The notes beneath the pieces were generated by a model. It was not told where the DNA came from and did not search any database. It saw only the letters and a list, made by a program, of their open reading frames with translations. The translations under genes and the position numbers were made by a program. 64,000 bases of DNA, from NCBI GenBank assembly GCA_951406725.2, contig OX597818.1:68262001-68326000 (forward strand), read 5' to 3'. Below, piece after piece: positions 13,548-25,650 of this stretch (the stretch's first letter is position 1; every line of letters begins with the position of its first letter). This DNA is from Octopus vulgaris. Taxonomy: Eukaryota.

Positions 13548-13962
13548 AGATAGTTTTATATTCTTTAAAATTCTTTGAATTCTTTTAATTTTTAATTTTA
13601 CAATTTTATAATTTTTAGTTTTAAATTTCAATCCTTAATCTATTTACTAGTTTAATTTTGTTTTTCAATTATTCTAATCTAATTTCATTTAAAATTGTGT
13701 TTGGTTTTAAATAACTTCATTTCAATTTATTTCATTTTAATTTTCAAAATTTTTTCTTAACCTCACCTTTCTCCCTCTGTTTCTATATCATCTTTATGCT
13801 AAGCACAGCTTTCTCAAACTTCCCATAATATAGTTACTGCTGTTCTTTCAGTCATTCTCTAATACAATTCCTCCATTATGCCTGATGCTACAACTGACCA
13901 AATATTTCAGTAGATCGTGTGTGCAAGCGGCCTATATCAAATTTCAACACAGTATTTGGAGA

Positions 13963-14333
13963 TTATTTATATTTGACAGATATTTGTCCTCATCTTGTTT
14001 GTTGTTAACACACTCCCACTACACCATATGTCCACGGGCATATAGCGTAGTGGTTAAGAGCATGGGCTACGAACCCCAAGATTCCAAGTTCGATTCCAGG
14101 CAGTGACCTGAATAATAATAATAATAATAATAATAACAACAACATCGAAAAATACCATAGGAATGAGAACCCAGGTTCGAAATTTCCCCAGGACACCTGA
14201 AGAAGGCTGGAGTGTATCTCAGCCGAAACGTGGTGTTAACAACAAACAAGATGAGGATAAATATCTGTCAGATGTAAATAATGTAAATAATGTGTATAAT
14301 TCCTCATCTCTTAAAAATAGAACTGAGTTATAA
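13963..14333 (+). mobile_element. tRNA-head/(AAT)n/hammerhead element, copy A (with inverted tail and head copy at 5' side)
   Basis: A box tagcgtagtgg 14043-14053, B box gttcgattcc 14088-14097, (AAT)n, hammerhead core; 13962-14011 is the inverse of 14233-14282; flanked by tatttggaga at 13953 and 14334. Confidence 0.85.
14192..14237 (+). ncRNA. Minimal type I hammerhead ribozyme motif (Penelope-type)
   Basis: Stem I gacac/gtgtt, core CTGAAGA 14197-14203, stem II ggctg/cagcc, GAAA 14225-14228, loopless palindromic stem III (acgt); cleavage-site base is G in this copy, so probably inactive. Confidence 0.7.
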
Positions 14334-14624
14334 TATTTGGAGAGTATCTGACTTGTAAGCATTGCAAATATTTGTTTCGTTTAATGAAAATTACAAACAC
14401 TAATGATTCTTTTTTTATAACAGTCCTTTCCTTAATTTCACCGAAAACCCCTCTCCCTTCCTCTCTTCACTGCCTCCCTCACTCTATTCCTTCTATTCTG
14501 TTCTCTCTTCCTTTCTTTCCTTCCGAACCATCTCTTATCTTCAGCTTTATCTCTCTTCCAGTCACCTTACTCTGATACTTATTGTCCCTTTCACTCCTCC
14601 CACCACCACCACCCATCACAAGAT

Positions 14625-14805
14625 ATTTATTTCTTTATTGCCCACAAGGGGGCGCTAAACATACAGGGGTCAAACAAAGAGATTAAGTCAATTACATCGA
14701 CCCCATGGTACTTAACTGGTACTTATTTCGTCGACCCCGAAAGGATGAAAGGCAAAGTTGTCTTCGGTGGAATTTGAACTCAGAACGTAAAGACAAACAA
14801 AATAC
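14625..14805 (-). mobile_element. Meta-domain SINE
   Basis: actggtacttatttcgtcgacccccgaaaggatgaaaggc...aatttgaactcagaacg. Confidence 0.85.
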
Positions 14806-14846
14806 CATTAATATATACACACACACACATACACACATACACACAC

Positions 14847-14877
<31 letters not shown>

Positions 14878-14881
<4 letters not shown>

Positions 14882-15037
14882 ATGGGCTTCTTTCAGTTTC
14901 CGTCTACCAAATCTACTCACAAGGCTTTGGTTGGCCCAAAGCTATTGTAGGAGACACTTGCCCAAGTTGCCACGCAATGGGACTGAACCAGGAACCATGT
15001 GGTTGTTAAGCAAGCTACTTACCACACAGTCACTCCT
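14878..15037 (-). mobile_element. CORE-like tRNA SINE 5' half
   Basis: gggcttctttcagtttccgtctaccaaat...gacacttgcccaag...cttaccacacag. Confidence 0.85.
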
Positions 15038-15242
15038 TAGTCATTCAAATTTTATCAACTGGTCAATGGATCAATTGAGTGAACCTACCATTAACAAACT
15101 CATAATGACCACTGGTAACAGCTGTCAGTCAAATTTCTTGCAATAAAGAAAAATATGTAATCACCATTATTTATACCTTGTCAGGTGTATCTCTCTGTGT
15201 CAAAACCAACATACCTGGAACACAACCACAGGTTTACAATAT

Positions 15243-15455
15243 TCTTTTCTACTCTAGGCACAAGGTCAAAGTTTTGGAGAGGAGGCCAGTCAATTAGATT
15301 TACCCGAGTGCACAACTGGTACTTAATATATCGACCCCAAAAGGACAAAAGGCAACGTCAACCTCGGCGAAATTTGAACTCGGAACATAAGGACCGACGA
15401 AATACCGCTAAGCATTTCACCTGGCGTGCTAATGATTCTGCCAAGTCACTGCCAT
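15243..15455 (-). mobile_element. Meta-domain SINE (alternative tail)
   Basis: actggtacttaatatatcgacccc...aatttgaactcgg...gctaagcatttc. Confidence 0.8.
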
Positions 15456-15639
15456 TTTACAATATAGAATGGTGATATGACTATAACCTCGATCCCTGCC
15501 AAAAGACTATATGAAGTTCTTTTTTAATTTAAACAATATTATCAGACTGATTTACTAACAGAGCTCTTGTAAAGAATTTTGCCCAGATTGGTAATCCCAC
15601 ACAAATAACTCTGCCATGTGTACATATATATATATTTAT

Positions 15640-16055
15640 AGGTGCAGGAGTGGCTGTGTGGTAAGTAGCTTGCTTACCAACAACATGGTTCTGGGTTCAG
15701 TCCCACTGCATCACACCTTGGGCAAGTGTCGTCTACTATAGCCTCGGGCCGACCAAAGCCTTGTGAGTGGATTTGGTAGATAGAAACTGAAAGAAGTCCA
15801 TCGTATATATGTGTATGTATGTATATATGTATATATATGTATGTATATGTTTGTGTGTCTGTGTTTGTCTCCCCATGATTGCTTGACAACCAATGCTGGT
15901 GAGTTTACATGCCTGTAACATGGTGGTTTGCAAAAGAGACCAATAAAATAAGTAGTAGGCTTACAAAGAATAGGTCCTGGGGTCAATGTACTCGACTAAA
16001 GACATTGCTCCAGCATGACCACAGTTAGATGACTGAAACAAAAGAATAAAAGAAT
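15640..16055 (+). mobile_element. Full-length CORE-like tRNA SINE with internal (TA/TG)n
   Basis: ggtgcaggagtggctgtgtggtaag...gggttcagtccc...accttgggcaagtg...ccagcatgaccacag...gactgaaacaa. Confidence 0.85.
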
Positions 16056-17879
16056 ATATATATATTTCTGTGTGAGTTAAAGGTTGGGAAACCAACCAAC
16101 ATGTTTGCTCCTATTCTTTTTCTGCCCTTTTAAAAAGACAAACACACAGTACCTATTGCTAACTGTTTCTTCTATGTATCAGCCCTCCCAACCACTCAGA
16201 CCCTCTGAAGAAGGCTAGAGGCACATTCACCATCCGAACTTAATCTGCCCATCCCTACAGAACACTGAAGAGATGGAAATGGCTTGGAGGTTTTCGCTGC
16301 CTCTTGGCAAAAACGGCCGTAAGGAACTAGCCCCTACTGCCAATCTGATATTTTGCTCTTTTCTGTAACATTAGTACATGTGTGTGTGTAAGACATAGTT
16401 ATTACATGTGTACATAGTTATGTATTCTTCTAATACACTCTAATACATTGTAATAAATAGACATACTAGAATGTCTACCGGCTGATGTATGTCGTTTTTG
16501 TATCCGCCCCATTTTCTTATTTGACTTATCTATAGATATATGCATATATACATATGTGTGTGTATGTATATATATATATATGTGTATGTGTGTGTGTGTT
16601 TATGTATATATGTGGGTGCATGGGTGTGTGATAGATGGAATGCGATTTTTCCATCAACAAAATCCCCACTTGAGGCATTGGTTTGCCTGGAGCAGTAGCA
16701 GAACTCACTTTGCCAAAGTGCTCGACAGTGAGATTCAACCTGAAACAAAATTGGTTGTGAGACAGAATTCTTCACCACACAGGAATGACTTACCTCTGTA
16801 TGCAAATATATCGAAACTTGATTATGGATTCATATAAATATCAGAAATTGTTTTTTAATTTGTATTTTCCAAGAACGAAAATTGATTTTGCCAATTCAAT
16901 ATTCTTCAATGTTATTCGGGCAAATCTCTGTTAGAAGTCCAAACAGTGATTATTAGAACACAATGCAAAAACAAAATAGTCATTCTAGGAATAATAGAAA
17001 CGGTGAATTTGTTTCATTTCTCTCTGTCTATGTGTTATTCAAAAGTGCACGATCACTTTAAAAGAGGTTTCTCTCATCCATTAAATCTATTTATATATGT
17101 ATGTGTGTGTGTGTGTTTATCCAAAATGGAGATGAACACCATTCCTTTACGTAATCAGCTTGAAAAATTGCGAAGATATTATTCCTGTTTTTCTATTTTC
17201 CTTAACATGAAACCAATGCTAGACTTAGTACACAAATAAAGAAATTCTATCTACCAATGCTATATCAAGCACTCATTTCCATCATTCGACATTTACATAG
17301 ATGCATATGTATGTATATATATATATACATATATGCGGGCATGGCTGTGTGGTTAGGGAGCTTGCTTCCTAGCTACATGGTTTCGGGTTCAGTCCCACTG
17401 CGTGGCACTTTGGGTAGGTGTCTTCCACTATAGCCCCGAGCCAACCGAAGCTTTGTGATTGAATTCGGTAGGCGGGAGTTACTGCCGTATGTGTATTTGT
17501 GCATATAGCTGCTCAGTGCCTCTCCGAAAGAGAGATATATATATATACATATATATATACATATATACACACACACATAGATATATAGATATATATATAT
17601 ACCTACATAGATATATTAGATAATGATAGTTATGGCCAGTGTATATGGCTACTCTGGGTTTCATGTCCAAAGTGTATAGCTTGATGGCATTTCCTCAGAC
17701 CCTAATGGCTGGTGGCCTATAAACTCTCTTTAAAGTGGAGGGAGAAAAGTCCTCATTGCTAGTTGTTGAATGCACAGACAAAGGAGAAGGGTTAGTCTGG
17801 TTTCCCAGACCTCAGTCAAATCGTCCAACCCATGCTAGCATGGAAAGCAGACGTTAAATGATGACGATGATGATGAATG

Positions 17880-18260
17880 GACACCCAGAATAAGGCAGAG
17901 ACAAGATTGATGAAAAGTTAGTGACTGATGTCTTACATGCATCCAACAACAAAGACAAAACAAGTATTGTAGGCCTTTAAACTTTTCGAAGTTGAAATTC
18001 CATGCTGAGACCATAAACTTCTAATTTTGCGAATGCATCACGGGCTTTCTTTATTAGAAAGATTTCATCATCAAGATCATTTATCATGTGCACAATAGTG
18101 ACTAAATATAGGAATTTATTCACAACCAGAAATTTCTGTCCATCCACGTGAATATTAGGCTCAGAATCACCTTTATTTGGAACAATTATGTCTGTACTTT
18201 TTAGGCTGATTGCAAGACCTAATGCTGAGGATTTGAAAGGATTATGAACAAAGTGTCTTT
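17880..18260 (-). mobile_element. Decayed RTE (BovB-like) RT fragment
   Basis: GLAISLKST...QKFLVVNKFLYL...LDDEI..IKKARDAFAKL. Confidence 0.7.
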
Positions 18261-19519
18261 GACTGAATAATTTGATAGTTAGTGATAAGCGTTTGTCTTC
18301 GGCAATATCACATGACATATTACAGCCATAAAATGCTTTCATTGTGGCAACGTTTCCCTGATCAAGCAGTTCTGGTATCAGAAGTGGTGATCAATCGTAA
18401 TAAAAGCTAATTGTTCCAGTTTACTTCTAATTAATAGCATTTTCATACTGAGGGATGAGCATGCGTCTCAGCAAACAGAACAACATTCTGCTTCAGTCCA
18501 ACACTTACTAAATATAATCACATGGTTGGAACAAATTCTTCAACAAACAACGGAAAAAAGTCGATGTGCCAACCATGTCTTGTGGCGGCAGTAGCGGCGA
18601 TGGTGGTGGTGGTGGTGGCAGGGGTGAGGATGACCTAATGATGATGATGACCATGCTCACCATATTAATTATTATGTCGTTTTCTTAGTTGTTAAAGAAT
18701 CTTTATTTGACAAAAAGCAATCAGAAAACATGTTCAGTAATATTTGAAATATTTCCACCTCCCTATTTGAAGAAAAGAATCCCACATATATCAGAAGCTG
18801 ATTCGAGAAGGCAGCAGGTTCGAATCATGTCTGTATTGAGAGATGTTGTTTGGCACAGGATGCTGGTGTAAAATGAAAATGGATTTCTATGGCAGCATGT
18901 AAAATTAATTAACAACACTCACAGGCAATTAACAGAAGCTTATTTACTGCAAATAGTCTCTTCTATATTGGTCTTTTATAATTACTAACAGTGATAATTA
19001 CATACTGGGAGAAACATACTACTGAGGTCTACAACAATTTAACTGCTGCACAACAGTCTGCGGTTGGCCCATCACAACTGGACAATAACTGCATTATGTT
19101 CATGATGACCAAACCTCTGTCTTGTAATTACCATGAGAATAGAGAAGTCAAGGGATTGCCTCAACCTTCTGGAGTTACTGCCAAAAAACTGCCTTTATAC
19201 GGGTCTCAATAAGAAAGTTATAGAAAATAGAATCACCCAATGGTTTGATGCTGGTTTGTCAGTTAATCGGCGGATCATGTGAAATGACAGTGGCTTAGCC
19301 GTGATGTTTATTCAGTTAACTAGCAATTTAGTTTTCAATCTGTGATGTACCATAGCTATCGCTTGCAAGCAATATGACCTGGTAGGATGTACCATGCTTT
19401 CAGTAATTGTGTTAGGTGCCCGTATAGTCATGAACAAGCACTGACATCCTTTCAGCAATCCCAATTTTGAACCAACGGATTATCAGAGATATGACAGCTG
19501 GAAAGAAAGATGAATGAAT

Positions 19520-19790
19520 AAAAAGATAGATAGATAGATAAAAAGATAGATAGATAGATAAAGTGATAGATAGATAGATAGATAGATAGGTAGATAGATA
19601 GATAGATAGATATATAGATAGATAGATAAAGTGATAGTTAGATAGATGGATAGATAGATAGATAGACAGATAGATAGATAAATAGGTAGATAGACAGATA
19701 GCAGATAGGTAGACAAAGTGATAGCTAGTTAGATAGTTAGATAAAGTGATAGCTAGTTAGATAGTTAGATAGATAGATAGATAGATAGAT
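19520..19790. repeat. (TAGA)n microsatellite
   Basis: Directly visible. Confidence 0.95.
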
Positions 19791-19792
19791 AA

Positions 19793-20340
19793 CTTTCTTT
19801 ATTGGCCACACAGGGCTGAACACAGAAGGGGCAAATACAAATGTAGAGCATTTCTTTTCGGAAATGAAAAGCAAATGGGGAAAAATGAGAAAAAAAAATG
19901 TAAAATTCTGATCAAAAGGGATCTGGAAAAGAAAACGATCGAAAGGGATCGTATGTCATAGAAGAATTTTTAAAATGTAAAAAGCAAGATTAGGTTTATC
20001 TGTGGAAAGAAAAGCCTATGGAAAAGACCACGGTAACCTCAGGCAGGGAGGGAATAAACACATGAGAGCAACATGCTCTCTCTCTCTCTCTTTTTCGATT
20101 TACTGGATCATGCTCAAAGTGGTTTTGTCACTTGCATGCACCATCTTTGCAACATTCACCCAACTTTTTTGAAACTTTCATGAGACAAAACCTGCCTCTC
20201 CATTCTCACCTTCTAAAAAGTTGATGAGCGATTGGTCAGAGAGGTAAGTGTTTGTCTCTAATCCTTTTGCTCGAGTCCACCACACACATTCTTTCACCAT
20301 GGCCACCAGTATGATGAAGACTGCCTCAATGTCAAAGACA
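19793..20340 (-). mobile_element. L1/Tx1-like LINE 3' end (ORF2 C-terminus and 3' UTR)
   Basis: EAVFIILVAMVKECVWWTRAKGL...SLINF...VRMERQVL...WVNVAKM; 3' UTR ends ...gccctgtgtggccaataaagaaa; clade assignment inferred from the K..IW..R-like C-terminal motif. Confidence 0.6.
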
Positions 20341-20492
20341 TTCCCAATCAAATGAGGGTCTGACAGAATTGTGCTCAAGTTATTTCCAGGCTTTCAAAAC
20401 ATTTTCTTGCTTCACAGACATCAATCCTGCATTCTGAAACCGTTCCATGCTGGGATGATTTGAGAAATAACAGGGAAACCAGTGCAGGCATC

Positions 20493-21012
<520 letters not shown>

Positions 21013-21513
21013 TTCTGGAATGAAATTACTTCCTGTACATAAATAATGTTATTAGGAAAGGAATTAATGCTACAACCTCCCATCATATTCCTGATCTCAT
21101 AAAACATAATCCTTTGTTTATTGAACAGAAGCTGTGATATAATCGAATTCTCTGAAACAATATAACTTTTATTAGAGGAACACATTGAAAATGCAAATGT
21201 TATAAGGCTGCAATAATGCAATAATATCTACGCAGACGCACACTCGTGTGTGCATGTGTGTGTGTGTGTGTGTATGCAATTATATGCGTGTATGTGTTTA
21301 TATGTGTGTCTGTGTAAACCAGATTAATTACTTGAAACACCAATAAAGAATCAGCCCCACAGCCAAAGATCAAATTCATAGTCCATCCTTGGCGCTGTAT
21401 GCAGATTGGATACACAATTCTTTTTCTGATATTGATTTTTTTTTTCCAAGAGATCATGGTACCACCTATTTGTCATATTCGGTATATTGTCTCTATTTTG
21501 TTTTTAGTTATTC

Positions 21514-21678
21514 TTAGTCATCGTACAGGGATCCTGTGGGTAGAATCCCCATGCTGAGTAGATGTCGAAATGACCCGTCCCTGAAGGCCAAAGCATCTAG
21601 CGCCACACCCGCAGGCCGGCACCAGGCACCACAGGCTCCGATTGGGAGTCTGGGCACCTCTGCCGGCCGATCAAACTC
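21514..21678 (-). CDS. Candidate terminal coding exon of an unidentified gene (EFDRPAEVPRLPIGACGAWCRPAGVALDALAFRDGSFRHLLSMGILPTGSLYDD*)
   Basis: Unique GC/CpG-rich island in an AT-rich background; acceptor tttttctatccatcaaatgttgcag|GAG, phase 0, 54 codons to TAA; G-rich first codon positions; no repeat similarity seen. Confidence 0.55.
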   Translation of the reverse strand, partial: EFDRPAEVPRLPIGACGAWCRPAGVALDALAFRDGSFRHLLSMGILPTGSLYDD

Positions 21679-21849
21679 CTGCAACATTTGATGGATAGAA
21701 AAATACTGCTGAAGTGATGAAAGCAATATGGCTACCACCTCCTCTTCCTCCTCCTCTTCCCTTTCTCAGTTTGCATTTGTGTTTGTGTTAACCAATAAGA
21801 GGTGGAGGAGAAAGTGGGGCATCCTTGTGGTAAGTTGGATTTTCTGTGT

Positions 21850-22150
21850 ATTGTGCTGGTGCCACATGTATAGTGCCTTTGCTGGTGCCACATAAAAAAA
21901 AAAGCACCTGTCTCGGTGCCGTGTCTAAAGCAACCAGACTGATGCCATGTACAAAGCACCTGTGCCAGAGTTCTGCAAAAGAAATAAAGTACACTCTTCA
22001 AAGTGGTTGGCATTAGGAAGGGCATCCAGCTGTAGAAACCTTACCAGACAGACAACAGGAGCTTGGTGCAGTGCTCCATCTTATTAGCACCTGTAAAACC
22101 CTCCAACCTATGCAAGCATGGAAAACAGGTGTTACATTATGTTGATGATG
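21850..22150 (+). mobile_element. Diverged RTE 3' tail
   Basis: aagtggttggcattaggaagggcatccagctgtagaa...gcatggaaaacagg. Confidence 0.75.
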
Positions 22151-22839
22151 ATGAGGAGGAGGAGGCGGAGGAGGAGGAGAGGAGGAGGGAGAGGGGGGAG
22201 TAGGACGAGGATGATTGCGATGGTGATGAGTCAGCAGAAAGGATATAAAATATTCAGCTATGTTGCTGGTTTTCTAGAAGAGCCTTGTTAACAGAAAACC
22301 AAACACTTTAAAGAATGTAGTTATGTCCACCAGATTCTCTTTTGCGTCCATTAACTTCGATTCTATAAAGATTCTTTGAAATCTCTCAGAAAGTAATCTT
22401 TAAACATGTAAAAAAAAATCTCTTCTCCTAGGAACAATATTTGCCATGTTAGTTTGGACGTGGCAAACACTTGGAGAGATGCAAAAACCATCTGAGTGCT
22501 GTTACAGTCTGAGAAAGTTTTCTTTGAGAGGAGATTTGTAAAATCGTTTTGAGGATATAAATTATATTTGCCTAAGCTTCACTGACAAATAACCATAATA
22601 AAATAGGATTGGTGGATTAACATATAATGGGATTTAGTAACATATGTCTTCAGCTTTTGCATATATAGGCAAAATGCATATGTGGTTCCGTGTGTGTGTG
22701 TTTGTGTGCGTTGATAGAATTATAGGAAGAGAAATATAAATTATAAATGACTGGTTGAAAGAAGATATCCATATTGCTTTCTCTTCTTTACAGTATAATA
22801 TATATATGTGAGTATTTGCAATAAATGTTTTCAATGGAT

Positions 22840-23180
22840 ATCAGTGTCTGTGTGTGTATTTATACATATATATCAGCCTGTGTATATGTGTGTATATAGC
22901 TGTGTGTATGTGTATTTATACATATATATCAGCATGTGTGTATGTGTGTATATGTATCTGCGTGTGTATGTGTATTTATACATATATATCAGCATGTGTG
23001 TATGTGTGTATATGTATCTGCGTGTGTATGTGTATTTATACATATATATCAGCATGTGTATATGTGTGTTAATATCTGTGTGTGTGTATTTATACATATA
23101 GATCAGCGTGTATATATGTGTATGTGCATGTGTGTGTGTGTGTTTGTGTATGTATTTATACTTATATATATCAGCATGTA
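22840..23180. repeat. 60-bp minisatellite built from TA/TG microsatellite
   Basis: Lines 22921-22980 and 22981-23040 are identical; diverged units flank them. Confidence 0.9.
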
Positions 23181-23277
23181 TATACGTGTATGTATATGTG
23201 TGTGTGTTTGTGTGCTAATGATATAAATTTCTTCTAAGTCTTCAGTTATATATAGCAGAGAAAAACGAAACTATTTG

Positions 23278-23332
<55 letters not shown>

Positions 23333-23580
23333 ACACGTATGTTTTCATATTTACATATATGTGTGTATGTATATTGGTATGGTGGTAGTATGGATAGTGT
23401 AAGGAAATGAGAGCTATGCTCTGAGCCAAGAGAAGCATGGCATACCTTGCTACGTTCAATAGTACGGCATGCCGTTGGGGAGAAGAGGAATTGGGTCAAA
23501 GAGGGGCTCATTCTTTGCAGTTCCCTGTTATCAACTGATGTGTATTTGTATTTCAGTGTAAGGCTAATGTAGAATATAAA

Positions 23581-23584
<4 letters not shown>

Positions 23585-23644
<60 letters not shown>

Positions 23645-23667
23645 TGATAATAATAATAATAATAATA

Positions 23668-23723
<56 letters not shown>

Positions 23724-23750
23724 CATAATAATCATAATAACAACAATAAC
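23585..23750. repeat. (AAT)n microsatellite
   Basis: Directly visible. Confidence 0.95.
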
Positions 23751-25167
23751 AACAGTTTCAGTTTTGGCCAAAAGGCCAGCAATGTCAAGAGGGTAACTTG
23801 ATTATATCGACCACAGTGCAAAACTGTGTGTGTTTCTGTCTGTATTTGGCCATCACCACTGCCTGAAAACCGATGTTGGTGTGTTTACGGCCCTATAACA
23901 TGGTGATTTGGCAGAATAATAAGCACAAGGTTTCAAAAAAAAAAAACAAATAAAAGTACTGGGTTCGATCCATTTGACAAAAAATTCTTCAAAGTGTTGC
24001 CCCAGCATGGCCAGAGTCTAATGGGTGAAACAAGTAGATGCAACATAGAAGACAAAGGCCAAATCACAATCCCCTCTACTACTACCGACACATTGTGCCT
24101 CTCCTGTATTGTTATTCAGGAATCTACCACAGAAAACTGGCTGTAACTTCTACTCTGTATTGAGTTCTACATTTTACTGCTATTCTCCTGACAACTTGAC
24201 CGATTCCACTTGTTATATGTCACTGGACATTTGATTCATTCTGTTACTAATTAATACTTTTGTATCTGATTTATTGATATTAAGGTATTTGGAACTGAAG
24301 CCATTCTTCAAGGCTTGGAATGCACCCAAGAGTACATGTGTCTCTAGAATAAACTGTCAGCAATTAACAAGAGATTACATGTGTTGCCTGAAATCTGGAA
24401 ACAATTATTTCCCCAAAGTTAAACAATTCGCCGCAAGCATCAAATAAAATTCCTCATCATTATCGTGCTACCAAATAAGTAGCAAGTTCAGCTTAACTAA
24501 TATCTGTGTATTGATTCCAATAATGGTAAAAAGAAATCTATGGATAATTATCGTAAGAATTCTATGTTGATATAATTAGTCTGCCTGTTGAGGAAGAATT
24601 CAGAAGTGGACAAATTTTCTGCTAGTGACTGTTAGTCTGTTCAACTAATCCTGTTGGTTTGCCAAAATGTAATGGGCATGGTGAATTTGGAATCTAAAAT
24701 TCCAATGAAATTCTTCTATAAATGTGTCGCAAATATAACGTAAGCACCACAAACTTACATGTTATAAATCCTATAGATTCGTGTATCTACAGTAATTTGT
24801 CAGCAATCAGATCACTGGCGTCTTGTTCATTATATTATTATTGGTGTACCTAAGGGATGTCAAAATTACCAGGGTAATGAGTTGTTCATAGTGCCAAACC
24901 AATTTCTGGTTACTAATGATAATAAAGACACATTTTATTAAACAAACTCAATGACAGACACACATTGTGACTCATAGCACAAAAGCTATGATATAAGACA
25001 GGATTAAGGCTCCGTTTAATGGAATACTTTGAATGTTAGACAAAATGCTGTGTGGCATCTAATTACAGCTCTTCACATTTTGAGATCCAATCTTCCTTTG
25101 TTTAATTTTGCCTTTTCTCATTCTAAGTTTAATAAAATAAAGGACCCATCAAATACTGCAATCAGTT

Positions 25168-25650
25168 CATCATCATCATCGTCGTTTAACGTCCGCTTTC
25201 CATGCTAGCATGGGTTGGACGATTTGACTGAGGACTGGCGAACCAGATGGCTGCACCAGGCTCCTATCTGATCTGGCAGAGTTTCTACAGTTGGATGCCC
25301 TTCCTATGCCAACCACTCTAAGAGTGTAGTCGGTTCTTTTACGTGCCACCAGCACGAGGGCCAGTTAATCAGTACTGGCAAAGGCCACGCTCAAATGGTG
25401 TTTTTTACATGCCACCTGCGCAGGAGCCAGTCCAGCACCACTGGCAATGACCTCGCTTGAATGTTTTTTCACGTGCCACTGGCACAAGTGCCAGTAAGGA
25501 GACACGGGTAATGATCATGCTTGATTGGTACTTTTTTACATGCCACCAGCACAGGAAGCCAGTTAGATGCTCTGGCAACGATCATGCCCAGATGGTTGTC
25601 TTAATGCACCACCAGCACAGATGCCAGTCAGCGAATTTGATTTCAATTTC
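25168..25650 (-). mobile_element. RTE 3' UTR/tail
   Basis: (CAT)n gtttaacgtccgctttccatgc...ggatgcccttcct...repeated gtgccacc units. Confidence 0.85.

Noticed and set aside
14036-14110. tRNA-like sequence as a functional tRNA gene
   Set aside because: No acceptor-stem pairing or oligo-T terminator; it is the head of a dispersed repeat
16200-16245. ctgaagaaggctagagg resembling the hammerhead core
   Set aside because: Stem II, GAAA and the flanking element sequence are missing; too degenerate to call
18520-18578. Hairpin acatggttgg...ccaaccatgt as a pre-miRNA
   Set aside because: Stem only ~14 bp with a large loop; too short for a miRNA precursor
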